From the NCBI GenBank assembly GCA_963758525.1, contig CAVWVQ010000003.1:2816001-2880000 (forward strand): a stretch of 64,000 nucleotides of DNA. The letters are read 5' to 3'. Source of the DNA: an uncultured Phycisphaerales bacterium. GTDB taxonomy: Bacteria > Planctomycetota > Phycisphaerae > Tepidisphaerales > Tepidisphaeraceae. Both the position numbers and the translations under genes were made by a program. Each line of letters opens with the position of its first letter. Positions within the stretch are counted from its first letter, which is position 1. Under the pieces are notes generated by a model. It ran no database searches, was not told the DNA's origin, and saw only the letters and a program-made list of their open reading frames with translations. Positions 25,564-36,400 of this stretch are shown here, one piece after another.

Positions 25564-25679
25564 GGAGGCTGTTAAGGTGACATCCATCTTTCTTGACGAT
25601 GCACATCCGCTGGGAGGCTGTTAAGGTGAGGAGGCTGTTAAGGTGACATCCATCTTTCTTGACGATGCACATCCGCTGG
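25564..25679 (+). repeat. Tandemly reiterated left end of the RAYT element
   Basis: GGAGGCTGTTAAGGTGA at 25564, 25613 and 25630; CATCCATCTTTCTTGACGATGCACATCCGCTGG twice. Inverted partner at 26381..26405. Confidence 0.9.
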
Positions 25680-25694
25680 ATATATCACGCCACC

Positions 25695-26376
25695 ATGCCC
25701 CGCACTTCCCGAGCAGCCGTCGGCGGTCTGGTTTATCACGTTCTCAACCGCGGCAACGGCCGGCCGGAGATCTTCCGCAAGCCGGGAGACTTCCTGGCGT
25801 TTCTCGATCTAAGGGGCGACGCGAAGGGAGAGGCGGAGATCGAAGTCTTCGGCTTCTGCCTGATGTCCAACCACTGGTCCCGGCCCGCCGGGAGTAGTGC
25901 GGCCGCGGCGGGATCAGGACCTGGCCAGGTACTTCTCCTGGCTGACCAACACCCACGTCAAGCGGTACCGCGCTCACTACCGCCGCACCAGCGGCCATCT
26001 CTATCAGGGCCGGTACAAGAGCTTCGTGGTTCAGGAGGACGCGCATCTTCTGACGCTGCTGCGTTATGTTGAAGCCAATTCATTACGGGCGAAGATGGTG
26101 GAGCGAGCACAGGATTGGCAATGGTCGAGCCTCGGTTGCAACAAGGAGCTGTCAAAGAAGCTGCTCGACGATTGGCCGACCGATCGGCCGCGCAACTGGA
26201 CGGCGCTGGTGAACGAGCCGATCGATCCAACCGCTCAGAAACGCGTGGCGATGAGCTTCGAGCGCGGTCGACCGTTGGGCAGCGATCCCTGGACACTGAA
26301 AATGGCTGGCCAGATGGGCCTGCAGTACACTCTGAATCCGCGAGGCAGGCCGAAATTGCCGAACGGCGATAAATAA
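25695..26376 (+). pseudogene. REP-associated tyrosine transposase (RAYT, Y1/HUH), disrupted at the HUH motif
   Basis: YHVLNRGN, FCLMSNHW, then a 16-bp hairpin and frameshift, then GHLYQGRYKS, RYVEAN, WQWSS, PRGRP. Confidence 0.85.
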
Positions 26377-26410
26377 CAACGATGGATGCCACCTTAACAG
26401 CTTCCGCCCG

Positions 26411-27141
26411 TCTCCAGCCGCGCCAGCCCAAAAGAGGGATTGCCACGAAACAACACAAACGACACAAAAAAAAGAGAGCCTGGGGACCAGAGCAGCTTCC
26501 GGTTCACTTTCTGCTATTGCGCGTCGCCGCTCTATTTCCTTTTTGTGTTTTTGTGTTTTTGTGGCCATTCGCTCTTTGATTCCAACGCGCTCGGCCATGG
26601 TCTGCGTGCGTCGTCAATCAGAGTGCGACTTGGTGCTAAGCCTGCGGCTGTCCCAGTGGATCTGTTGCCATTGCGTCACGGTATCATTTTCGCTCGACCC
26701 CGTGCGACATTGATTGGCCTCCGGCTTCTCCTCTGGCAACGATTCGGTCTGTTCGAGGCGTAGGGCCCGCTCGGCGGCTCCTGATTACGCCTCGAATGGC
26801 CGAAAGTGTAGAGCCGCCGTGCGGACCATTCCTCGACTTCCGCGAGAATCCTCGACGGCGCTCTCCGCTTTCCATGATGAGCTATCAATTCAAACCGTCT
26901 CTAACAGATTTCGCAGACGGCAATCCACCTTGATTGCGTGTGTCCTACGAAATCGCCCCTTCGCAATGCGACGATTCCTGCCGCCCGAATTGCGATCAGT
27001 AAGTCTCGACCTCAGCTCTATCCCGTATGATGGCACGAAATGGCACGATTTGGCACATTATTTTTCTCAACCGACAAGAGCCGTAGCTCCAAACCTGATG
27101 GTTATACCGGGGCCATAATGGTTAATTCTCTCCGCCGTTTG
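26411..27141 (+). repeat. ~730-bp imperfect direct repeat, copy 2
   Basis: Matches 24744..25471. Confidence 0.95.
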
Positions 27142-27604
27142 CATGCAGTGGCTCACCATGACGCATGCCGCCCGCTGGCATGCCCATCGCCACAGCGTGG
27201 GGCGCGGACATCTGTACCAGGGGCGCTTCCGGAGCTTTCCGATTCAGCAGGACGGGCATTTCCTGAGTGTCTGCCGGTATGTGGAGCGTAATGCGCTGCG
27301 GGCCAATCTGGTGGCCAAGGCGGAGGACTGGCGATGGGGTTCGCTCTGGGCGAGGGATGACCGCAGCAGCGCGATCGCCCGGTTTCTGGCTCCCTGGCCG
27401 GTGGAGATGCCAGGGAGATGGGGGACTCTGGTCAATCGGGCGGAAAGCGAGGAAGAGCTAGCCGCGTTACGCCGCGCGGTTGCTCGCGGCCGTCCCTACG
27501 GCGATGATCGCTGGTCGCAGCGGACGGCCAAGGCGCTGGGTGCTGAGAGCTCGTTGCGCCCGATCGGCCGGCCGAAGAAATCGAAGCCGCCGAGGAAAGA
27601 TTGA
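27142..27604 (+). pseudogene. 3' two-thirds of a RAYT, nearly identical to 60052..60744
   Basis: MQWLTMTHAARWHAH..GHLYQGRF..RYVERN; lacks the N-terminus and HUH motif. Confidence 0.9.
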
Positions 27605-27612
27605 CGGATAAT

Positions 27613-27745
27613 GTAACTGTTTACCGTCAGCAGCGCACAGATAGCAACTTTGCTGGGATTTTGAGATGCCCAATGTGCGCCATTACGTCTCGCGGCCCGT
27701 TTCTATGCTGTGATTCTCGGTCATTTTGCCACGGTAAACAGTTAC
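27613..27745. mobile_element. 133-bp MITE with IS66-like ends, copy 1
   Basis: 15-bp perfect TIR GTAACTGTTTACCGT; 8-bp target duplication CGGATAAT at 27605..27612 and 27746..27753. Confidence 0.92.
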
Positions 27746-27775
27746 CGGATAATAGGCAAAGATAGGCTGATGACC

Positions 27776-27968
27776 GGCTCTGTAGAAAACCCATAGTAAC
27801 GCGAGAGCGATGTTGTGCGTCAATACTCTCAAGAACAGGTCACGGCAGCGGCCCCAATGGCTGCGGGCACGTAACGCTGAGCCCAGATTCCGCTTCAACA
27901 TTGAAAAGACGGTCTCGACCTGCGCCCGGTTCCGATACGCATTGCGGTTGAACCGTGTTTTCAGAGCC
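27776..27968 (-). mobile_element. 193-bp internally deleted copy of the adjacent IS
   Basis: Repeats the first ~185 bp of 27978 onward, ends in CAGAGCC, and is bounded by CTGATGACC on both sides. Confidence 0.88.
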
Positions 27969-28907
27969 CTGATGACCGGCTCTGTAGAAAACCCATAGTA
28001 ACGCGAGAGCGATGTTGTGCGTCAATACTCTCAAGAACAGGTCACGGCAGCGGCCCCAATGGCTCCGGGCACGTAACGCTGAGCCCAGATTCCGCTTCAG
28101 CATTGAAAAGACCGTCTCGACCTGCGCCCGGTTCCGATACGCCTTGCGGTTGAACCGTGTTTTCATTTGTCTGCGATATTTGTCGTGCGGCAGGCCGCCG
28201 GGAGTTTGGATCGGGCGTCCAGTGTTGGGTGGGATTGTTGAGCGGATGCCGTGGTCCTCGCGCAGCAGGCGGTGATTGTGGGCCGAGTCGAAACCCGCAT
28301 CGCCGACCATGTGCCTGACCTTCTGAGACAGAGGCAATTCAAGCAGCACCCGATCCAGCTCCGCGACGTCCGGCGTGGGCCCGACACTGGCGACAGCCGC
28401 CAGAATCGCATGCGTGGCGCAGTCGATGATGACCATCAGCTTGCCGTAATGCTTGTAAGTATGCCGCTTTTGCGGCCGTTTTCCCTTGTCCTTTTGATTG
28501 TCGCGACGCCAGATGAAATAGCGGCTGGCGTGGTGTGCGTCGAACCCGCTGGAGTCGACGGCGGCATAGGGCACCCGCCTTTTTCTCTGGCGAATCTTTT
28601 TCACCGTGTGATCGATCAGCCGTCGCACAAGCCTCTGGCTCAGCAGTCGGCGGCTGGCCTTCTGCAACGTAGTGAAGTGTGGCACCACCTTCAGGCCAAC
28701 GGTCTGACAAAGCTCGGGGCAGTCCCGCAGCAACTGGCAGATCCCACGATAGTCCTTCTTCTCGAACTCCTTGAGGACCAGACAGGCAAAGAGCTGCGGC
28801 TGCGTGAACTTATGGGGGCTATAGAGGTGTGAGTAGTCGCTAAAAGCGTCCTTGCCGGCAGCCAGCGCGACCATCGCCACCATCCTTGGCGACTTGCTGG
28901 TTAACAT
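27840..28907 (-). CDS. DDE transposase (IS4/IS5 superfamily); frame reads through the TIR
   Basis: PHFTTL, AVDSSG, GDAGFDS, YRNRAQVETVFSMLK (YREK-like). Confidence 0.88.
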   Translation of the reverse strand: MLTSKSPRMVAMVALAAGKDAFSDYSHLYSPHKFTQPQLFACLVLKEFEKKDYRGICQLLRDCPELCQTVGLKVVPHFTTLQKASRRLLSQRLVRRLIDHTVKKIRQRKRRVPYAAVDSSGFDAHHASRYFIWRRDNQKDKGKRPQKRHTYKHYGKLMVIIDCATHAILAAVASVGPTPDVAELDRVLLELPLSQKVRHMVGDAGFDSAHNHRLLREDHGIRSTIPPNTGRPIQTPGGLPHDKYRRQMKTRFNRKAYRNRAQVETVFSMLKRNLGSALRARSHWGRCRDLFLRVLTHNIALALLWVFYRAGHQGSENTVQPQCVSEPGAGRDRLFNVEAESGLSVTCPQPLGPLP

Positions 28908-28953
28908 ATTTATCGCATTATAGGATGGGGAAATGGTGGTTTTCTACAGAGCC
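27978..28953 (-). mobile_element. 976-bp insertion sequence with an IS5-like DDE transposase
   Basis: 16-bp perfect TIR GGCTCTGTAGAAAACC; 9-bp direct repeat CTGATGACC at 27969..27977 and 28954..28962. Confidence 0.93.
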
Positions 28954-28973
28954 CTGATGACCCCCTTTCTTCA

Positions 28974-29134
28974 CCCGGCGGTCGGGTCTTTCATGTGCTC
29001 AATCGCGGCAATTGCCGCAGGAACATTTTTTCCAAGCCCGGCGACTATGCCGCGTCCATCAAGATTCTGGAGGAGGGCCGGCGTCAAACCGATATGCGCG
29101 TGCTGGCATATTGCCTGATGAGCAATCACTGGCA
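28974..29134 (+). pseudogene. N-terminal fragment of a third RAYT, ending at the HUH motif
   Basis: Hand translation PGGRVFHVLNRGNCRRNIFSKPGDYAASIKILEEGRRQTDMRVLAYCLMSNHW. Confidence 0.85.
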
Positions 29135-29195
29135 AGCGGAGAACTAATCGGGGCTACCGGGAGTTTGGATCGGGCGGCACTTGCTGCTTCGATAT

Positions 29196-30398
29196 TCAGG
29201 TTCTCGCGGCGGCAAGTTTGAATCGATGCGCCCATCGGATCGCGGGAAGCTCCACCAGCCGGTACATGACGTATGCGCCCCCAACACTGGCAACGACAGA
29301 CATCGCTATCCACGCCAGGATCAGCGGCGGCGACCCGCGGCAGGCGCGCACTCCCAGGCTGTTGAGCGTGGAGCCGACGCTCCCATGCACCAGGTAAAGG
29401 CTGTAGGAGATGGCGCCCAGAAATTGAATCCACGCGCCCGACAGCCAGCGGCCCATCGTTCCCAGCGAGGCTGCCGTGTAGAGCGCAATGGCCGTCATCA
29501 CCACTACCAGGTTCCACAGAGTCGCGTCGGGTTGGCTGAACAGATGCGGCATGGTGAACAGCGTTGCGCACAGGAGAGCGATATAGGCCCAAAGCCATCG
29601 CACGGAAATCGATCGCTCGATCACGCCCCATACCACGACGCCTGGAAAAAACGAGTACCATCGCGCCAGGAAAAGTCCCTCAGGACACCGCAGCCATCCC
29701 ACGGAGACAGCGAGTGAAACCAGCGCGAGCGGCACAAAGATGAAGCAGCGCGACCCCTGCGCGAAGCCCGCAACCGCCCGATCGCGAAACGGCAATCGTT
29801 GGGCGACGCCGGTGAGGATCGTCAGCACCAGATAGAACTGCACCTCCAGGCACAGCGTCCAGAAGACGCCGTTGATCTCGCGAAGGTGGAGCAAATCCTG
29901 CAGGTAAAACAGATGCGCCAGCACAACTTTCCATCCCGGAAAGGGGACTTCCCGGCCGGGCCGCATGCGGTTGAGCAGCAGATTCATCATGAGAACCAGA
30001 ACAATGGTCGCCCAGTATGGCGGATCGAGCCGTAGCGATCGTCTCAGGGCAAAGCGGCCGAGATAGCGCGGCGTGACGTGGATTCCCCGCTGGCTGTAGG
30101 CAATGACGAAACCGCTGAGGACAAAGAAGACCGGCACGCCAAGAAAGCCGCATTTCCACACACTCATCAGCGGCGTGGGAACAAACTGCGCCAGCGGCTT
30201 GCTGAAGTGACCCACCGGTCCCAGATGAAAGAGAACGACTCCCATCGCCGCGATTCCGCGCAAGCCGTCGACGAAGGTGAAGCGACCGGAGGGTCGGGGA
30301 ATGCTCGAGTCAACAGCGCGCGGCGGGCTTGACTGAAGTGTCGCGGTCTCGGCCCCGGGCGGAGAGCCGGCCAGATTGATGGTGGACGGCATATTCAT
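29196..30398 (-). CDS. Acyltransferase family 3 (OafA/YrhL-like)
   Basis: DGLRGIAA, GVPVFFVLSGF, FWTLCLEVQFY, LGAISYSLYLVH, VELP. Confidence 0.92.
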   Translation of the reverse strand: MNMPSTINLAGSPPGAETATLQSSPPRAVDSSIPRPSGRFTFVDGLRGIAAMGVVLFHLGPVGHFSKPLAQFVPTPLMSVWKCGFLGVPVFFVLSGFVIAYSQRGIHVTPRYLGRFALRRSLRLDPPYWATIVLVLMMNLLLNRMRPGREVPFPGWKVVLAHLFYLQDLLHLREINGVFWTLCLEVQFYLVLTILTGVAQRLPFRDRAVAGFAQGSRCFIFVPLALVSLAVSVGWLRCPEGLFLARWYSFFPGVVVWGVIERSISVRWLWAYIALLCATLFTMPHLFSQPDATLWNLVVVMTAIALYTAASLGTMGRWLSGAWIQFLGAISYSLYLVHGSVGSTLNSLGVRACRGSPPLILAWIAMSVVASVGGAYVMYRLVELPAIRWAHRFKLAAART

Positions 30399-30486
30399 GC
30401 GGCAAAGCCATCGTGAACGAGAGCCGCTTTCCTGCCTGTACCCATGGGCGGCGCGGAGAAACCGAAGCGTGCTCGCGCAAGTTCAT

Positions 30487-32117
30487 CTAGCCCTTCGGCA
30501 AAACATTCGCTCTGTCCTGTTCGCGGGCGATTTTAGCGAACTCCTCGAGAAAGTGATAATTCTGCGACCAGGTGGTGTATAGATACCCCACAACATTGGG
30601 GACAGAGCCGTGCTCTGGAGCCACTGCTTCCAATCCGACATCGGTCCGTCGTAATAGCCGGCGAGAATCTGCCTTTGCCCGCGGTCGGCAAAAAACTTCA
30701 GAGACTGATCGCGGTGCTCGAAGTTCCAGTTGACGATCACGACTGACTTGTCGAGCCCCTCCCACGAGCCGGTCAACGGCCCGTTGACAAGGTAGTAGGG
30801 GCCGGCCACTCCGTTGTGATACGGATCAAACATGTCGCTCCAGAGATAAGGCGTCTTCGGCCGCAGCAAGGCCGTGCATTGCCGGACGTTGTCCGCCAGT
30901 AACTCCCCCGGGGTGCGATGGCGGGATGTGCACGACTCGTCCCAGTTCATGACACGAAACTCGTCGTGCGACATCATGTAGCCGTCCGCTTCCCAGAGCG
31001 CCTTCATGCGCTTGGCCTGATCGGCAAGCAGCGTCATCATTTTCGGATCGGAAATGCAGCCGCAAACCTGCTCGTCATAAATGACCGCAGGGTGATACCA
31101 GGAAACCCGCAGACGCGTGCCGTCGGGCAGATGCGTGTGAATCAATGGTGGCTCATGCCAGACCTGATACTCGCCGGGCCACGGATCGTTTCCCATGCGC
31201 GGGTCAACGATCCGATCGTAGTCCCGGTTCTCAACGCATTGGCGTCCGTGATCGATACTCACCGTGCATGGCGTGCCGTCACGGCGCAGGACATTGAGCA
31301 GGCCGACCTCCTCGATCTTCCAGTTTCGCCAATAGAGCGTGCCGTCAGCGCGATCCCAGACGCCGAAGTAGAGCATCACGTCATGGTTGTCGAGCGTGTT
31401 AAAGATGATGTCCTGGCGCGTCCAGTCCTGTGTCGAATTCACCTTCAAGTTGGTAAACGTCAGCCCGCGCGACCCGGCCAGAGCCTGGATCTGCGGATGC
31501 GCGGTGTAGCGGTCAGTTTTCACATCCACCGAAACGTGATAGCAGCGAAAGCGCGGGAGTTCGAGTTTGAAGGCAAAGCGGTGATGAATCGCGTTGCCGT
31601 GCACGGTCGCAACATTGCCGGCGATCTTCACCGTGTCATCGACAAACGCCGGCGTGGTGAGCGCCACCGGCGGATCAGCGACACAAGAGGCAATCCCGTC
31701 GTGAACGACAAATAACGTGTCCGTCACTGGCAGCCCCTCGGCCAAATTCGGATCGTTGAACAGGATGTCGTTCGAATACCCGATCGGGAAAACTGCCGGC
31801 ACGATCTGGAGCTTCAATTCTTCAGCGATCCGCCTCACCTTCCGGCAATTGTCAAAATAATGCTCCGGCAGCGTTGCGAGCCTGGCGAACTTGCTGTCGC
31901 TGAGCAAGACGGTCGAATAGCCTGCCGCGGCGGCCCGCTTCCAAATGCTCTCCAGTTTCGGAATATTCTCGTCCGGAAGAAGATTCGTCGGGTAATAGAA
32001 CCAGAGCTTTGCCGGCTCGGCGGCCATGGATGATTGAACGAATGAGCCGAAGGCAATGAGAGGGAGAGAAAGCGTGAACGTGAACAGCAAAAAGTGAAAA
32101 CGGGGATATTTGCGCAT
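30487..32117 (-). CDS. Secreted glycoside-hydrolase-like protein with an inserted CBM-like domain (frameshift near 30605)
   Basis: Signal peptide, MMSHDE and WSDMFDP reminiscent of GH20-like barrels. True C-terminus (GYLYTTW) lies in ORF 30487..30765. Confidence 0.6.
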
Positions 32118-32126
32118 GGGTTTCCC

Positions 32127-33170
32127 TTAGCCTTGCATTCCCGATCTCAACTCGTCGGCGTTCTGACATATCCATTGCCCACGGGCCAGCGCCATTTTCA
32201 GCCACGGAATGCGGCTGACGATCTGCTCCGCGGTGGCGCCGGCCAGCAGCATGGTGCACTCTGCCAGAACGGATTCGATCATCAGCAGCGGCAGGATCTC
32301 GACTTCGGCGTTCGATAGCCGCAGCACCGAGTCGTACGCATTAACGAACGCGTGAAACCGCGGCAGGTCGACCTCGGCGGGCCAGTCTTGCGGGGGGACC
32401 GACGAATCGATGAATGTCGAGAACGTCGTGGCGGAATTCGCCAGATCGACTACGCACTGTTGAATCCGCGCCCCGTCAAAATCGATCACGCCGACCACGT
32501 GTTGATTGCGGAAAAGCGCGTTGCCTGGATGGAAGTCGGCATGCACGATCTGCTTCGGCCAGGCGCGAAGACCGGCGGCGTTGGCCGAGCGCCGCGCTTC
32601 GTTGCGCAGCAGGAACACTTCATGAAAGAGATCGCGGCAGGCTGGATCCTGATCGGCGCCCGCGCCCGCAACAGCCTCGGCGTGGCGCAGGAGCCTGGGA
32701 ATCTGCGGATGATCGTGGTAACTGCCTGTCGGCGGTGAAAAGCCCGGACGGCATTTGGCCAGCAGTTTATGGCTCAACGCCAGCGTCCGGCCGGCGCTGG
32801 CGGTCGCTTCAATCGAACTGTCATAGGGAGAGGACTGCAGATATTCGAAGAGCTCGTAGACCGCATCATCGGTCTGCAACAGCGTGTTGTTGTCATCGCG
32901 GGTGGCGATGAGGTGCGGCACGGGAAAATGGTGCTTTGCAAGAAAGAGCTGAATTTCATGCGCGAAGGCAACCTTGAACGGGTCGCATTTTCCGGGGGCT
33001 CGCCGCTTGAGCAGAAAGACGTTGCGATCCGTAGTGACAAGAAGCTTCGGCGAGTGTGCCGAGCCCGCTCGAAGGGGAACCGCCGTGGCGAGGTCACCCA
33101 GATCGTAGCGGCTGAGGATTTGACGAGCCTCCTTGCCGGAAAACTCAAACGGTTTGAGTTCGAGAGCCAA
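32127..33170 (-). CDS. APH/type II homoserine kinase-like phosphotransferase
   Basis: HADFHPGN and VIDFD motifs. Confidence 0.85.
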   Translation of the reverse strand: MALELKPFEFSGKEARQILSRYDLGDLATAVPLRAGSAHSPKLLVTTDRNVFLLKRRAPGKCDPFKVAFAHEIQLFLAKHHFPVPHLIATRDDNNTLLQTDDAVYELFEYLQSSPYDSSIEATASAGRTLALSHKLLAKCRPGFSPPTGSYHDHPQIPRLLRHAEAVAGAGADQDPACRDLFHEVFLLRNEARRSANAAGLRAWPKQIVHADFHPGNALFRNQHVVGVIDFDGARIQQCVVDLANSATTFSTFIDSSVPPQDWPAEVDLPRFHAFVNAYDSVLRLSNAEVEILPLLMIESVLAECTMLLAGATAEQIVSRIPWLKMALARGQWICQNADELRSGMQG

Positions 33171-33476
33171 ACGAATGTCTCCGATTAAGCGAACGTGACA
33201 ATATTATACAAACGATGTCCGATGCCAATGGATGGCCAGCACTGCGCGACGTGGGATTTCTGCCGCGCTCTGAGGTTCTTATCGGCCCTTCACTATTCTC
33301 ACCGGTTCACTTCGGAAGCGATATTGCCGGGAATGGGTACACCCTAGGATAAAACGTCATTTTGATAACCTGCACCGCTTATACCGCGCTACGCACGTAC
33401 CGATAGGACCGACAGCGGCCTACCTGTTGTCCCGTGAAAACCGGCCGCGAGAGATTTTCAAAAACGGCCGTTCTGT

Positions 33477-36400
33477 ATGCATTGGATGAACTTCATCAAC
33501 TGGTTTGCCGGGGGGGAAAACCCCTACCACACGCTCTACCACTGCATGCGTGGCGATACGCCGTGGGTGGTCACCACGGTCGCGCTCGATCTGGCTGTTG
33601 CGATGGGGTATCTGCTGATCGCCAAGCACTGGTGGGAAAACGAGCGACAACTCAACAACACGAATGCAGCCAAAATCGCGCTGGGGCGGTTGAAAAACAT
33701 CTTCATCTTCTGCGGAATCTGCGGCTATGTGTTCATCCCCATCAAGATGTTCTGGCCGGCATGGCGGCTTTACGACATGTTTATGGGGGTGCTGGTTCTG
33801 TTCACATGGCGGTATGCGCTGGGGGCGCACGACTTGAAGGTGATTTATAGCGCCGTGAAGGGGAACGACAGGCTGGAGCGCGATCTGCAGGATTCTCTGG
33901 CCAATCGCGACCTTCTCGAGAGACTCGTCGCCGAACATACCAGTGAACTGGCCGCCGCCAATGACGCGCTGCGGCGCAGATCGCGGAAAAAGAAGCGGCG
34001 TCGCAGGCGCTGACGATGGAGCGCAATCTGCTGCGCACGCTGATCGACGCGGTGCCGGATCTGATCTACGCCAAAGGGCTCGATGGAAAATACGTTTTAA
34101 GCAACGTGGCCCATTCGCGGTTTGTCGGCCAGCCGGTGCCGGACAACGTCATCGGACATTGCGCCGCTGATTTCTTTCCGACAAATGTTGCCGCCAAACT
34201 CGATCTCGACGACCAGAAGATCTTTCGCCTTGGCGTTCTCATGCTCAACGGCGAGGATCCGATCGCCGATTCCGACGGCCATACGATGTGGATGGCGCGC
34301 ACGAAGGTTCCGCTGCGCGATCCCGCGGGAAAAATCGTGGGCCTGGTTGGAATCAGCCGGAACATCACGCTTCGCAAGGAAGCTGAGGCCCGGCTCAATG
34401 CTCTGAACGAAACGCTCGAGGAGCGTGTCGCGGAGCGGAGCGCCGCCGCCGAGCAGCGTGCCGGGCTGCTGTCGCGATCGGAGGACGCGCTTCGGACGCA
34501 GACGCGCATTTTGCGCCTGGTGCTGACGAGCATGGGCGACGGAGTCGTCGTCGCAGAGAAGGGCGGGCGCGTGATTCTCAACAATCCGGCGGCAGCGCAG
34601 TGGTTCGGACCGGTTCTGGCGGAAACGCGCGCCGACGAACAGCTTCTGGGACTTTATCTGCCCGATGGGCAGACCCCGTATCCTGCCGGCGATCGGCCGC
34701 TCGCCCGCGCCTGCGCGGCGAAGCGGTCAACGAAGCCGAGTCGGTCTTCCGTCGCACGCCCGAGGCTGAAGGGATCTGGCTCAGCGCCACGGCCCGTCCG
34801 CTGCGCGACGACGATGGGACCGTGCAGGGCGCGGTGGTCGTCTACCGGGATATCACTGGGCGAAAACGTGATGAAGCAAACCTGGCCGAGTCAGAGGAGC
34901 GATTCCGTCAGTTGGCCGAGTGCATCGATGAAGTGTTCTGGCTGCACGATCCGGTCGCCGGGCGCATGATCTACGTAAGCCCGACCTATCAGAACGTCTG
35001 GGGGCGCCCCGCGGCCAGTTTGTACGAGGATGCCGGATCACTGCTGGCCGCGATTCATCCCGATGACCGCGATCGCGTGGCGGCCGCGATCGAACGCCAG
35101 AGCCGCGGCGCCAACACGAGCGAGGAATACCGGATTCTGCGCCCGACGGCACGATGCGCTGGATTTGGGATCGCGGTTTTCCGATCAAGGACCGCAACAA
35201 GCACACATACCGCGTTGCCGGCGTCGCGGAGGACATCACCGACCGCAAGCAAGTGGGGGCTGAACTGCAGAAAGCCAAGGAAGACGCCGAGGCCGCGAAC
35301 CGCGCCAAGAGCGAGTTCCTGGCGAACATGAGCCACGAGATCCGCACCCCGATGACCGCGATCATTGGTTTCGCGGACATGATGCTTCAGCCGCATCAGA
35401 CCGCGTGCGATCGCAACGAGTGCGTTCAGGTCGTTCGCCGCAACGCCCGGCATCTGCTGGGGTTGATCAACGACATTCTCGATCTCTCCAAGATCGAAGC
35501 GGGGAAGATGACCGTCGAGCGGATTCCGTGCGACGTGCCGCAGCTCATGGCCGACGTGCTGTCGCTGATGCGTCCCCGCGCGAGGAAAAGGGGCTGCGGC
35601 TCGACGTGGACTTCGACGGGGCGATTCCCCGCAAGATCATGACAGATCCTCTGCGGCTGCGGCAGATCATCGTCAACCTTCTGGGCAATGCCATCAAGTT
35701 CACGAATGAGGGATTGATCGCGGTGCGAGTGCGATGCGAGGGGACCGGAGCATCCAACGTATTGCGGATCGACGTCACCGACAGCGGCATCGGGATGACC
35801 CGGGAGCAGATCGGGCGTCTGTTTCAACCATTCACGCAGGCTGACGAATCCACCACGCGCCGTTTCGGGGGCACCGGCCTGGGGCTGACCATCAGCCGGA
35901 AGCTGGCAAATCTGCTGGGCGGCGATATCGGCATCGAATCCGAACCGGGCATCGGGAGCACCTTTACCGTGTGGATCGGTTGCGGTTCGTGCGTTGGCGT
36001 CGAGCTGATCCAGGGGCTGACGGAAGAAAAGCTTCCCAGCGGCGGAGAAGAGGGGCAGTCGGATCACTTGCTGATTCGCGGCCGAATTCTGCTTGCCGAG
36101 GACGGCCGCGACAATCAGCGTCTGATCTCGACGCACCTTCGGACCGCCGGCGCCGAAGTGGAGATCGCCGACAACGGCCGGGCGGCGGTGGAGATGGCCC
36201 GCTCGCAGCCGTTCGACCTGATCCTGATGGACATGCAGATGCCGGAATTGGACGGATACGACGCCACCGCAGAATTGCGATCCCAGGGCTTCGCGCTCCC
36301 GATTATCGCGCTGACGGCCAATGCCATGTCCGAGGATCGCGCCAAATGCATCGCCAGCGGATGCACCGACTATCTCACGAAACCCATCGAAAGAGGGATA

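Noticed and set aside
25564..25679. Mini CRISPR-like array (17-bp repeat three times)
   Set aside because: The intervening sequences are identical or absent, the repeat is too short, there are no cas genes, and it matches the inverted end of the RAYT.
24863..27118. ORFs called inside the ~730-bp direct repeats
   Set aside because: Starts and frames differ between the two copies and the products have no family features; treated as non-coding.
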